A stretch of 63,594 nucleotides of DNA, filler included, from Octopus bimaculoides (Eukaryota): the NCBI RefSeq assembly GCF_001194135.2. It is 5 parts of 4 records of this genome, joined end to end, with 100 filler letters (N's around TTAATTAATTAA, not from the genome) between each part and the next. Parts side by side here need not be neighbours in the genome. Positions count along the whole stretch, not along the records: positions 1 to 5,845 come from NC_068997.1; positions 5,946 to 35,590 come from NC_068997.1; 3 more parts are not named here. The stretch is one strand, 5' to 3'. Below the pieces are notes generated by a model. It ran no database searches, was not told the DNA's origin, and saw only the letters and a program-made list of their open reading frames with translations. The position numbers were made by a program, and so were the translations under genes. Below, in pieces: positions 1 through 12,775 of the stretch (within the stretch, counting starts at the first letter, position 1; each line of letters begins with the position of its first letter).

Positions 1-177
1 ATATATATGTATGTATGTATTTTATATGAACTGCATATTTCCATATTTTGAGAGAAATAATCGTTTGAAAAATATCTGCCCCACCCCCAATATATGCATG
101 TATATTTGTATGTAAGTATGTATGTATGTATGCATGAATGTGTCAATGCATATATATAAGTATATATATACATACAT

Positions 178-253
<76 letters not shown>

Positions 254-490
254 GAATGTATATGTGTGAATGTGTGTGTATAAATGATCGTTGGTAGATA
301 GGGAAGTAGGTAGGTAGTTATGCATGTATGCATGGGTATATCTATATATGTAAGTATGCATAGAAATAAATACACACGCTACCATGGAGGGATATGAACA
401 TACATATATATATATATATGTATATATGTATATGTATATATATGTATATATACATATATGTATATATATATATATGTATATATATATGTA

Positions 491-525
<35 letters not shown>

Positions 526-541
526 TATATATATATATAAT

Positions 542-578
<37 letters not shown>

Positions 579-1954
579 GGATATATATATATATATGTCA
601 ATATACCTACCTAATTACATGTGGATATTCGTATACATATATNNNNNNNNNNNNNNNNNNNNNNNNNNNNNNNNNNNNNNNNNNNNNNNNNNNNNNNNNN
701 NNNNNNNNNNNNNNNNNNNNNNNNNNNNNNNNNNNNNNNNNNNNNNNNNNNNNNNNNNNNNNNNNNNNNNNNNNNNNNNNNNNNNNNNNNNNNNNNNNNN
801 NNNNNNNNNNNNNNNNNNNNNNNNNNNNNNNNNNNNNNNNNNNNNNNNNNNNNNNNNNNNNNNNNNNNNNNNNNNNNNNNNNNNNNNNNNNNNNNNNNNN
901 NNNNNNNNNNNNNNNNNNNNNNNNNNNNNNNNNNNNNNNNNNNNNNNNNNNNNNNNNNNNNNNNNNNNNNNNNNNNNNNNNNNNNNNNNNNNNNNNNNNN
1001 NNNNNNNNNNNNNNNNNNNNNNNNNNNNNNNNNNNNNNNNNNNNNNNNNNNNNNNNNNNNNNNNNNNNNNNNNNNNNNNNNNNNNNNNNNNNNNNNNNNN
1101 NNNNNNNNNNNNNNNNNNNNNNNNNNNNNNNNNNNNNNNNNNNNNNNNNNNNNNNNNNNNNNNNNNNNNNNNNNNNNNNNNNNNNNNNNNNNNNNNNNNN
1201 NNNNNNNNNNNNNNNNNNNNNNNNNNNNNNNNNNNNNNNNNNNNNNNNNNNNNNNNNNNNNNNNNNNNNNNNNNNNNNNNNNNNNNNNNNNNNNNNNNNN
1301 NNNNNNNNNNNNNNNNNNNNNNNNNNNNNNNNACACACACACACACAATCAGTTTGACTTATAATTGTCTGTTTCTTGTTGGTGGTGGCACTTTTACGGT
1401 ACTAATAAGAAACCATTCACTTATGATATTTTCTTGTTCTGTCATTATTTTTAATGATGAACTTGGTATCTTTCTCAAATATTTCTATCTCGTTTGATTA
1501 TGAGGATGTCCAAATATACGACCTTATTGACCGTTTTCATTGCGTCTGCATAGTCAGTTTCCACGAACGAGGGCGTAGATTTTAGCCTAAAGCAGTAATT
1601 TTTGTGCAGTCATTTATCACCATTAAAAAAAAAAAATCTTTTATGTTTTATGTTTTATCTTTCATTTTTTTTCAGTCATCAGACGAGGAAATCGCCCGCA
1701 GTGCGATATATTTCGAAAGTCTAAAACTTATTCTATTGGTCTCTTTCGCCGAACTGCTCATTTCATGAGTACGTAAACAAAGCAACACCGGTTGTCAAGT
1801 AGTGTTGGGGGACAAACAGATACAGACTCACACACAAATACATGCATATATATAAGTATATACATACATGCCTAGCGCCAAGCGGGGTTTAGCCATAAGC
1901 GAACATTATATTAGTTATATGTTTATGACACATTTCAACTTCTAAAAGCACATT

Positions 1955-2270
1955 CACTGCAGTTGCCATAGAGAAAAAATTCTCTGAAAAAAGGTGTCAA
2001 AACACCATGTCTCCTGGGTGCTGATGCTGCTGTAATTAATTCCGACACGGTGGTCTAATGGCACAGTTTAGTCAATGTTGTGATTTAGTTAAAGCTATGG
2101 TTTTAATTAAGTCTGTTCAGAGTTACACCTCTTCGGTATTTCCTATTGATAACGGCTAAAGAGCGAGAAACGCATTTGGGAATCCGATAGGGGGCAACAC
2201 TAGACAGATATGGTGTTTTTACAACTTTTTATCATAAGAGAGAATTCTTTTCTGTACGGGAGCTGCAGTG
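1955..2270. mobile_element. MITE with about 60-bp imperfect TIRs starting CACTGCAG (CACTA/CMC-like termini)
   Basis: Left CACTGCAGTTGCCATAGAGAAAAAATTCTCT...AAAACACCATGTCT aligns with the reverse complement of the right end, CACTGCAGCTCCCGTACAGAAAAGAATTCTCT...AAAACACCATATCT. No clean TSD. Confidence 0.72.
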
Positions 2271-2846
2271 AATTTACCTTCAGAATTTAAAATATATCAC
2301 AAACGTATTTTAAGTAACCGAAAGGTCGTTTAGGTTAGTTCAAGTTCACGATTTCCGTCTACCAAATTCCCTGAATTATCATGTGAGCAGCTGAGTATTC
2401 CGTAGACTAGACTCTCGTTCCCTTAACGTAATTCTCAGACACAATAAGCATGACACTGCGTATGATAAGGCTAGCCTTTTGAAGTAAAAGTGTTGTACAT
2501 CCCACGGGCTTCATTCTAGTTTTTTCATCAACACAGTTGCACTGAGAGACTTGGTTCGCCTTGAAGATATAATAATTGACACTTGTTAAAATTATACTCT
2601 CAATAAAATTGAACCCAAAGCCCCATGGTAACGACTCAAACTTCTTAACTACTCGGTTAAGTCTGCGTTCATGTACATGCATAAAATGTATTGCACAAAC
2701 ATAACATCCCAGTATGGCTGACCGTTGAGATAATTGCGCATTATAATATCCTTAAATTAAATATTTTTTAAGGTATAATTAATTATAACCCATCATCTGT
2801 TTTGCTGAATTCCACTTATTTATTGATACACACACACACACACACA

Positions 2847-2896
<50 letters not shown>

Positions 2897-3799
2897 NNNN
2901 NNNNNNNNNNNNNNNNNNNNNNNNNNNNNNNNNNNNNNNNNNNNNNNNNNNNNNNNNNNNNNNNNNNNNNNNNNNNNNNNNNNNNNNNNNNNNNNNNNNN
3001 NNNNNNNNNNNNNNNNNNNNNNNNNNNNNNNNNNNNNNNNNNNNNNNNNNNNNNNNNNNNNNNNNNNNNNNNNNNNNNNNNNNNNNNNNNNNNNNNNNNN
3101 NNNNNNNNNNNNNNNNNNNNNNNNNNNNNNNNNNNNNNNNNNNNNNNNNNNNNNNNNNNNNNNNNNNNNNNNNNNNNNNNNNNNNNNNNNNNNNNNNNNN
3201 NNNNNNNNNNNNNNNNNNNNNNNNNNNNNNNNNNNNNNNNNNNNNNNNNNNNNNNNNNNNNNNNNNNNNNNNNNNNNNNNNNNNNNNNNNNNNNNNNNNN
3301 NNNNNNNNNNNNNNNNNNNNNNNNNNNNNNNNNNNNNNNNNNNNNNNNNNNNNNNNNNNNNNNNNNNNNNNNNNNNNNNNNNNNNNNNNNNNNNNNNNNN
3401 NNNNNNNNNNNNNNNNNNNNNNNNNNNNNNNNNNNNNNNNNNNNNNNNNNNNNNNNNNNNNNNNNNNNNNNNNNNNNNNNNNNNNNNNNNNNNNNNNNNN
3501 NNNNNNNNNNNNNNNNNNNNNNNNNNNNNNNNNNNNNNNNNNNNNNNNNNNNNNNNNNNNNNNNNNNNNNNNNNNNNNNNNNNNNNNNNNNNNNNNNNNN
3601 NNNNNNNNNNNNNNNNNNNNNNNNNNNNNNNNNNNNNNNNNNNNNNNNNNNNNNNNNNNNNNNNNNNNNNNNNNNNNNNNNNNNNNNNNNNNNNNNNNNN
3701 NNNNNNNNACATATATATATACATATATATCTATACGTATATACATATTGATATATTCGTGTATGTATATGTATGTATGTATATATGTATGTATGTATG

Positions 3800-3830
<31 letters not shown>

Positions 3831-5720
3831 ATTCATTCGTCTTTCGGAATTGCTCATGTAAATGTAATTCGTGTGTGGTATTTGCTTCTGTGTCTCTATC
3901 GATTCGGTTGCTGGTGGAGTCTTGTATCTTGTTCATTTTTCAGCCAGACGTTCCTGAAGTATTTGCCAATAAGATAAATAGTGTTATAGTTTTTGTTGAC
4001 AAACAATTTTTTCTCTATTAAATTATAGCTTTATAACTGTAACTGAATTATCGTTGGAAAATGGATCCGTTTTTGTGTAGATCCATTCGCTTATTAAATA
4101 TTTATAACATTACTTTAACACTTTTACTCTGAGGGGAGTTATTTGCAGACGAAAGCTACTTAGTACAGGAAACGTGTGTGTGTGTGTATGTGTGAATATA
4201 TACATACATACATATATATATATATATANNNNNNNNNNNNNNNNNNNNNNNNNNNNNNNNNNNNNNNNNNNNNNNNNNNNNNNNNNNNNNNNNNNNNNNN
4301 NNNNNNNNNNNNNNNNNNNNNNNNNNNNNNNNNNNNNNNNNNNNNNNNNNNNNNNNNNNNNNNNNNNNNNNNNNNNNNNNNNNNNNNNNNNNNNNNNNNN
4401 NNNNNNNNNNNNNNNNNNNNNNNNNNNNNNNNNNNNNNNNNNNNNNNNNNNNNNNNNNNNNNNNNNNNNNNNNNNNNNNNNNNNNNNNNNNNNNNNNNNN
4501 NNNNNNNNNNNNNNNNNNNNNNNNNNNNNNNNNNNNNNNNNNNNNNNNNNNNNNNNNNNNNNNNNNNNNNNNNNNNNNNNNNNNNNNNNNNNNNNNNNNN
4601 NNNNNNNNNNNNNNNNNNNNNNNNNNNNNNNNNNNNNNNNNNNNNNNNNNNNNNNNNNNNNNNNNNNNNNNNNNNNNNNNNNNNNNNNNNNNNNNNNNNN
4701 NNNNNNNNNNNNNNNNNNNNNNNNNNNNNNNNNNNNNNNNNNNNNNNNNNNNNNNNNNNNNNNNNNNNNNNNNNNNNNNNNNNNNNNNNNNNNNNNNNNN
4801 NNNNNNNNNNNNNNNNNNNNNNNNNNNNNNNNNNNNNNNNNNNNNNNNNNNNNNNNNNNNNNNNNNNNNNNNNNNNNTTGCTGACCTTATGCCAAAATTT
4901 TAAATTATTATTTATAGTTTTGTATAAGGTGGAGAACTAGCAGAAGTGTTAGCGCGCCGGAGAAAATTCTTAGTGGTATTTCGTCCGTCCTGACGTTCAC
5001 AGTCGAGGAATCGCGGGTTCGAATCTCAGACCGGGCGATGTGTGTGTTTATGAGCGAAACACGTAAGCTTCACGCGGGTCCGGCAGAAGGTAATGGCGAA
5101 CTTCTGCTGACTCTTTCGCCACAACTTTCTCTCACGCTTTCCTCCTGCATCTAGCAGCTCACCTACGACGGACCGGTGTTCCGTTCAGGTGGGAAACCTA
5201 TACGCCAATGAAACCGGGAAACCGGCCCTAATGAGCCAAGCATGCCTCGTGAAGGAACAAGCAACAACAATATATAATATAATATAATATAATAAGATAT
5301 ACTATAATATAATACAATATAATATACTCTTTTACTCTTTTACTTGTTTCAGTCATTTGACTACGGCCATGCTGGAGCACCGCCTTTAGTCAAGCAAATG
5401 GACCCCAGGACTTATTCTTTGTAAGCCTAGTACTTATTCTATTGGGTCACTTTTTCCGAACCGCTAGGTTACGGGTATGTAAACACACCATCATCGGTTT
5501 TCAAGCGATGTTGGGGAGACAAACACAGACACACAAACATATACACACACATACATACATATCTACATATATACGACGGGCTTCTTTCAGTTCCCTTCTA
5601 CCAAATCCACTTACAAGGCTTTGGTCGGCCCGAGGCTATAGTAGAAGACATTTCGCCCAAGGTGCCACGCAGTGGAACTGAACCCGGAACAATGTGGTTG
5701 GTAAGCAAGCTAGTTACCAC

Positions 5721-5763
<43 letters not shown>

Positions 5764-5845
5764 AATATATATATTTAGCCATGCACAATGTATTACCATA
5801 AAGGAAAATTATAATTGTCACTAAATCCGACCCAGGGTGTCACTT

Positions 5846-5945
5846 NNNNNNNNNNNNNNNNNNNNNNNNNNNNNNNNNNNNNNNNNNNNTTAATTAATTA
5901 ANNNNNNNNNNNNNNNNNNNNNNNNNNNNNNNNNNNNNNNNNNNN
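5846..5945. other. Artificial scaffold spacer 44N-TTAATTAATTAA-44N (also 35591-35690, 45014-45113, 61710-61809)
   Basis: Identical 100-nt architecture four times; the 12-mer is palindromic with stop codons in all six frames. Confidence 0.95.
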
Positions 5946-6098
5946 TGATGATGATGATGATGATGGCCTATTTAAATGCTAAAGGGTTTAAGTATGTTTT
6001 AATGTTGCTACGAAGAAAGTTTCAGAAGTACAGCTAAAAGGGAATTAGAGAAAATACAAGTTGATCATTAAAATCATAACTGACCATTTGAAATCCTC

Positions 6099-6132
<34 letters not shown>

Positions 6133-7068
6133 AGAAAGAGAGGGGGATGGGAAGGTTGTATGGAAGGCGGAGAGAGAGAGCACATATTGGCATTTTCTTA
6201 ACAAAAAGCTATCAGGGAATATTATTTCATAACACAACACACTTCATCTTGCCGTTCAAGCTACTCCCATCCACCCTTATATAATGTAGGGTGGACATGT
6301 ATTTCTTTCATAGCAAGACACCTGTGCTTGCCCCCTTCATCATAATTTAGCCTCCCAATATGGGGTGTAAAGCTACTCTGCCTCTCACTCTCAAACACAC
6401 TCTTACATGGCGAAGAGGATATTTTCTTGTCTTGTGAGGTACTTGGCAACCTCACTAGGGCAGGTGCCAGGAAAAAAAGGCACCCAGGGGCACACTGTAA
6501 AGTGGTTGGTGTTAGCAAGGGAATCCGGCTATAGAAACCACGTCATAGCTGACATTGAAGTTTGATGTGGTCCTCAGGCTCATTGGATCATGGGAAACCA
6601 TCCACCAAATACCAGCATGGAAAATGGATGTTAAATTCTTTTACTTGTTTCAGTCATTTGACTGCAGCCATGCTGGAGCACCACCTTTAGGTGAACAAAT
6701 TGACCCTAGTACTTATTCTATTGGCCTCTTTTTGCTGAACTCCTATGTGATGGTGACATAAACACACCAACATCGGTTGTCAAGCGATGGTAGTGGTGGG
6801 ACAAACACAGACACAAACAGTAAATACATACATATATATATATATANNNNNNNNNNCTATAGTAGAAGACACTTGCCCAAGGTGCCACACAGTGGGACTG
6901 AACCTGGAACCATGTTGGGAAGCAAGTTTGATAATGATGATGAATTTCTGGAGACGTTAAAAAACGTGTATCCCTGTCCTTGGTGCTGCACTATTACCCA
7001 CCAGTCGTAAGTTCAAATCCTGTAACAACCATCAAAATAATAATAATAACAACAATAGGATTACTTAC

Positions 7069-7136
7069 TTGAGGAAATGGTGCTTCCCAGTAACGGCGAC
7101 AATCTAAGAATGAGCAAACTTCATTGGAAAACACAT
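7069..7136 (-). CDS. Exon 6 (DVFSNEVCSFLDCRRYWEAPFPQ); downstream exon(s) not located
   Basis: Acceptor ttttttatttattcccag, donor CAA|GTAAGT, 68 nt, phase 1/0, completes GAT across the junction. Cys spacing (C-x4-C) continues the family pattern. Confidence 0.87.
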
Positions 7137-7850
7137 CTGGGAATAAATAAAAAACATAAATGAATCCTCATCAGTCATGGCTCTCCATCACCTCAATCAC
7201 CATTGCTTTTTACATCAGTTTTGTTCTGCCTGATTCACTGAGTCTCCGTGATACAAGATCTGTCAATGTTTCTTCATTGAGAGCCCAATGTTCTCCAGTC
7301 AGACGTAACTATTTCTCACCCCATATCTTCCTACTAAAACTTGTGACCTTGCCTTGTTCATTAACTCCTGGAGGAGTTGTATGGTCACCATTATGTGAAG
7401 CCCTGTAGCTTAGTGGTTAGGGTATTTGGTTTACTGTTGTAAGGTCAGGAGTTCGATTCCCAGCAACGCTTTATTTCACATTTCTCCAGTTCACTCAACC
7501 GGCAAAACTGAGTTGTACCTGTAATTCAAAAGGGCCAGCCTTGTCACATTCTGTGTCATGCTGAATCTCCCTGAGAACTATGTTAAGGGTACATATGTCT
7601 GTGGAGTACTCGGCCATTTGTATATTAATTTGTGAAGACATGTAACTTAGCGGTTAGAGTATTCGGCTCGCATTTGTAAGGCCACGAGAAATGCAGTGAA
7701 GCATGTTGTCCAGCGTGCTAATGATTTTGCCAGCTTGACCACCCCCTCAATAACATTAACTAATGCTAATTCTCTAATAAAGTTGATAACATGAATGAAC
7801 AAAGCCATTTTAACTTTAAAAAAAAAAGCAAAAAAGAAAGACAAATTTAC

Positions 7851-7911
7851 CTTGAATATGTCTTGATGAATTTGTAGATGCTGTGGAGGGGATGCATTCT
7901 TTGATTATTTC
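7851..7911 (-). CDS. Exon 5 (EIIKECIPSTASTNSSRHIQ+G)
   Basis: Acceptor ttatttccacttccag, donor AAG|GTAAAT, 61 nt, phase 0/1. Open in frame with both neighbouring exons. Confidence 0.85.
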
Positions 7912-8397
7912 CTGGAAGTGGAAATAAAATAATTGTAAAACGTCAAACAGAAAGATCTTGTGCCTTTTTTTTCTTGGAATTTTAAAAATAATAATCATAA
8001 AATGGAGAAAAACAAAAAGAAAAAAACAAAAACAAGACAAAAACAGAAAAGTAGATAATGAAGAAATCAAATTTGGCGTTGTGTGAAATGGTAGAAAATT
8101 GGTTCACAGATTTGAAAGAATTGATTAAACTTGTGTCGCAGAAGTGGATTTTAATGCCCTGACAAATGGAGGTTTCCTAACTCTTTTGATACTAAACCAC
8201 ATGAGGCTGTTCTTGGTCCCATGACTCAAAGACCCTGTTTAAAAGTGATCTAAAACAATGTCAATTTGTGTTCCAAACATGAGGTCAATAATATCAATTT
8301 ATTTTACTTAATTATTATTTTAAAAATTAATTCAAGTAAAAGGAAAGTATTTCAACAGAAATATGGTAACAAAAGTGTTAAAGTGATGATGATGATG

Positions 8398-8665
8398 ATC
8401 ATCATCATCATTTAACGTCCGTTTTCCATGCTGGCATGGGTTGGATGGTTTGACTGGAGACTGGCAAGCCAGGGGGCCTCACCGAACTCCAATCTGATCT
8501 GGCAATGTTTCTACAGCTGGATGCCCTTCCTAACGCCAACCACTCCGAGAGTGTAGTGGGTGCTTTTTATGTGCCACCAGCACAGGAGCCAGTCAGGCAG
8601 CACTGGCATCGGCCACGTTCGGATGGTGCTTTTTACGTGTTACTGGCACAGGAGCCAGTTGGGGC
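8398..8665 (-). mobile_element. RTE-tail-derived short retroposon ending in (ATG)n
   Basis: catcatcatttaacgtccgttttccatgctggcatgggttgg...ctacagctggatgcccttcctaacgccaacc; homologous to 33735-34045 (opposite orientation) and 12280-12530. Confidence 0.7.
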
Positions 8666-9055
8666 AAAACCTTTCATCAAAATTTCATGTTATGTTCCAA
8701 ACACCAGCTTAAAAATGAACTGAGGTATTTTCTGTAGTTCTTGATTATTTTCAAAAATTAATTGAAACAAAGTTATTTATCAAAATTCTTCATGATTTTT
8801 GAAAATTAACAGAAATACTTTTTATCTTTTACCTGTTTCAGTGTGCAACCATGCTGGTGCACCACCTTGAAGAAATCCCAGTCGAACGAATTGATCCCTG
8901 GACTTATTTTTTAAAACCTTACTTATTCTATCATACCTTCCATAAACATAGAATGGATGGTCATGGCTGGGAAGACTGATCCTAAATCTGCTGAAGGAGG
9001 GCCGACCTGATGTTTGTTAAATACCAGCCAAATTGCAACACAAGCAGTTACTTAC

Positions 9056-9193
9056 CATGCATTTCTGTTGAAGCTCAAACATATCATCTTCAAGACACAA
9101 CGCCATGTCCCAATAGTTTGGTTCCAGAGCACCAGAAAGTATTTCACAACGGAAGATATCACAATAGTCTGCCAGACACATCGAGTCATTCCC
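9056..9193 (-). CDS. Exon 4 (GNDSMCLADYCDIFRCEILSGALEPNYWDMALCLEDDMFELQQKCM)
   Basis: Acceptor tttctttttcag, donor ATG|GTAAGT, 138 nt, phase 0/0. The CLADYCDIFRC motif follows the zinc-finger exon as in the plant-type family (CLADxCxxLxC). Confidence 0.92.
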
Positions 9194-10067
9194 CTGAAAA
9201 AGAAATCCTGGCTTTTATCAGAGATGTCACTTTAATACAATGACGTAGTCTTTTGATCTGCTTCGGGTGGCACTTTTAATGGGGCACCACTTTTGGGTCT
9301 GCTGTAGGCAATATGTGCTTTTTATGGGGTCTAGTGGGCAGCAAACGGAAGGGCTGCCCTGAATGGCACACACTCTAGCTACGCTAGTGCTACTCCTCAA
9401 CACCATTCAATGTCCACTTTTCTGTGCTTGCATGGGTTGGACGGAGTTTATTTTGGGGGTAGATTTAACCCTACCTGTGTCCAAAGCAAGATAATGCTGA
9501 TTTCAAACTTTAGCATGAGGCCAACAATTTTGGAGGGGTGGGGGAATCGATTACATCAACCCCCCAATATTTAACTGGTATGAATTTTATCAACACCGAA
9601 AGGATGACAGGCAAAGTGGATCTTGGCAGAATTTGACCATGGAACACGAAACAGATGAAATGTCACTAAACATTTTGTTCAGAATGTTAATGATTCTGCC
9701 AGCTTGCAGCTTTTCCAAATAAGGTAGTATTGTCCCATGGCCAGACATGTTCTCGTTGAACAACACCGATTGTATGACAGTGATCATCATTTACAACTGT
9801 CACATGACATCAAAATAAGGACACACACACGATGGGCATCTTTCAGTTTCGCTCTACCAAATCCACTCAAAAGGATTTGGTTAGCCCAAGGCTATAATAG
9901 AAGACACTTGTCCAAGGTGACACTCAGTGGGACTGAACCCAAAACCATGTGCTTTGAAAGCAAGTTTCTTACTCACAGAAGCTATGCCTCTGCTGTCATA
10001 CACGAAGAATTATTTTTTTTATCAGTTCTAAAATGGAAAAATGGTAAAGTAACAAAAAATAACTTGC

Positions 10068-10277
10068 CGTTCGGACATATTGTGGGTGTCTGTTATCAAA
10101 GTGTTTGTCGAGATAGTTTTCTCCATAGAATTCTTTGCCACAGAAGGAGCAATGCCATTTGGTTAAAGTCTTCATGAATTTCTGCCGTTCTTGTATAATG
10201 TAGACATCTCGCTCTTCTGTGAATGGGCAGGAATATGGCATCTCAACTTTGGTGTCTTTGAAAGATTTGAAGATTCT
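10068..10277 (-). CDS. Exon 3 (RIFKSF...WHCSFCGKEFYGENYLDKHFDNRHPQYVRT), C2H2-like zinc-finger motif
   Basis: Long polypyrimidine acceptor (t13-gtcctttcctccag), 210 nt / 70 codons, CxxC-x12-H-x4-H motif ending HFDNRH. Donor is non-canonical ACG|GCAAGT. Confidence 0.93.
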
Positions 10278-10767
10278 CTGGAGGAAAGGACAAAAAAAAA
10301 AAAAAAATGAAAGCAGAAGACACAATATGAAAAAATGCAGCAATCATCACTATTCTCCTTTCACTAATAATAATAATAATCCTTTCTACTAGATGAAAGG
10401 CAAAATCAAAATAAGGTAAAGTAATAATAATAATGATTCTTTCTTATATAGACACAAAGCCTGACCCCACTACTTGATAGGCACTTATGGTCTTATGCAA
10501 AGTTTTCATTGACCTCATTAAGATATTTCCTCTTGCTGTGTATGATGGCTTCTTTGAAATTCTCTGAGGACTGGTTTTACAATGCAGTGCCTCATCGCAA
10601 TTGTACAGAGTTGTACTCCAACCACCTGAGCTGCAGACACTGCAGAAATTAATCACAACTGTAGACAATGATGTAGCGGTGGACATCCCTAACCATACCG
10701 ATATATGTTTCTGTTCATAATTCACTACAAACTGAAGAAAATATTAAAAAAAATTTTTTAAACTTAC

Positions 10768-10851
10768 CTTGCGAAGTATTTCGCGAACTATCCGGGCTCG
10801 ATCACGTAAACATGCTGTATTAACTGAATAGATGTTCACTAGAAAGATGAC
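10768..10851 (-). CDS. Exon 2 (VIFLVNIYSVNTACLRDRARIVREILRK) of uncharacterised C2H2-like Cys-rich protein
   Basis: Acceptor ttttactatcaccag, donor AAG|GTAAGT, 84 nt, phase 0/0. CLRDRARIV resembles the CSRERSR motif I recall from plant At5g63280-like proteins. Confidence 0.88.
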
Positions 10852-12279
10852 CTGGTGATAGTAAAACAAATACAGAAATGAGCGGTGTGATTATTTCGAA
10901 CGGAGAGAGAAAATTGTGAGCAAGGATCAAACTGGATGGTGGAATTTTGTTTTAAGTAAGCCATATAACCCTCTCGTAACTTTTCTACTTTTTGAAATTT
11001 TCATAAAACTTTTGCAAANNNNNNNNNNNNNNNNNNNNNNNNNNNNNNNNNNNNNNNNNNNNNNNNNNNNNNNNNNNNNNNNNTCATACAATTATGCAAA
11101 CCCTGTCCCCACAAAAAAAAATCTTTTTTTGGTGCATGATGTAAGGGCTAATTAGCTGTTATTTTTAGCACACCTCATGACCACCTTGTACTCTTTTTGT
11201 TAGTCAGTCAGACTTGTTGACGTTTTTCAATATCTTTCTCTCCCCATAAACACATTTAATGGTCTGTTGCTGAGACTGAAGACAAATCTTTGGACAGTCC
11301 GTGATTTAAAAAAGGAAAATTTTAAAAATTAACCACAAAATTAAAAAAAAAAAAAAAAAAAAGTGGGGGGTAACGTGTTCCTTTCTGAGTGACACTGACT
11401 CACAAGGGTTGGTTTGCTGGTTTCCATGGCATATATGATTCCCCAGCCAGACAGGGGCGCCAATCCATTGCAGGAGGACTCATTTTTGCCAGCTGAGTGG
11501 AATGCAGCAATGTGAAATAAAGTGTCTTGCTCAAGGACACAACACACAGAACTCACGACCTCTAAGTCATTCAAATGAAAGATTTGATACACACACCTTC
11601 CTAACCAGGCGGTTTGGGGTTCAAATCCACTGCATGGCACCTTGGACAAGTTCTACTAGACCCTAGGTGAATCAAAGCTTAGTGAATGGATTTGGTAGGC
11701 GGAGAGTCAAGTAAAATCAAAAATTAAAATCACAATCGTAAATGGAAATTGTAGTTGTGGCCGATGCCAGTGCCGCCTGACTGGCTCTCATGCTGGTGGC
11801 ACGCAATAAGCACCATTCATGCGTGGGTTGTTGCCAGTGCTGCCTGACTGGCTCCCTGTGCCGGTGGCATGTAAAAAGCACCATCCGAACGTGGTCGATG
11901 CCAGCTCCCCCGCCCGATGATGAAGAAATTGAAAGCATTTTACTGTATGTATACATACATACATATATATATATATATATTTGAATTTAATTAGAGGTTG
12001 TGTTAACCTCATGAAGGGATGGTTCCATCCAAGGAAATACTGGTTCAATACTTAGTATTTTGGGGGAATAAATTTCCTTAAAATAATAGGTATCCATAAA
12101 AGAACATTTGGTTTATATTCCTTTAAAAGAAGAGAAAATGGAGATTGGGAAGTTATTAATTATTAACAGCAAATTGGTCATCTTCACTGACAGTCGTTAA
12201 TAATAAACAATTATTAACTTCCCAATCTCCATTTTCTCCTATTTTATATATATGTATGTATAAGCATATATCAATCTCC

Positions 12280-12775
12280 TCATCATTCAGCATCCGTTGT
12301 CCATGCTGGCATGAATTAGATGGTTTGACTGGAGATGGTAAGCCAGAGAGCTGCATCAGGCTCCAGTCTGAATTTGGCTTGGTTTCTACAGCTGGATGCC
12401 CTTTCTAATGACAACCATGCCAACCACTCCATAGAGTGTAGGGGGTGGACACCTTTAAGTGACACCAGCATGGGTGCTTTTTATGTGTCATCTGCATGGA
12501 TGTATCACCGGCACTGGCCACAACTATAATTTCATTTGGCTTGACGAGTTTTCTCAAGCACAGCAAATAACCAAAGGTCACAATCGCTTGTCATCACCTC
12601 TGTGAGACCCCACATTTGAAGATCATGCTTCACCACCTCATCCCATGTCTTCCTGGATCTACCTCTTCCACAAGTTCCCTCTACAGTTAGAGATTGGCAC
12701 TTCTTTACACAGCTATCCCCATCCATGTGTGCACGCATGTGCATTTTGGCCTCCATGTGTCGACTGTGCGATCGT
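12280..12775 (-). mobile_element. RTE-clade LINE 3' end with associated 3'UTR / SINE-like tail
   Basis: SCVKKCQSLTVEGTCGRGRSRKTWDEVVKHDLQMWGLTEVMTSDCDLWLFAVLEKTRQAK-stop, the RGRPRKTW motif of RTE RT C-termini. The tail is shared with copies at about 8398-8665, 11750-11915, 16060-16230 and 33735-34045. Confidence 0.85.

Noticed and set aside
1346-4160. Unique-looking blocks at 1346-1600, 2500-2700 and 3841-4160 as candidate last exons of the C2H2-like gene
   Set aside because: No frame combines a good acceptor, phase 0 and a TM segment; the weak RT-like words (VYLDILII) are insufficient for a call.
22-4940. Long ORFs rich in Y/I/H/T/C/V or X (also about 42310, 45436, 49000, 51000, 54400 and 59700)
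   Set aside because: Translations of (TA)n, (CA)n and (TACA)n microsatellites and N gaps; no coding signal.
10444-10725. 93-aa Cys-containing ORF inside intron 2, same strand as the gene
   Set aside because: The nearest acceptor would leave an intron of only about 36 nt, there is no suitable donor, and exons 2 and 3 already join in phase.
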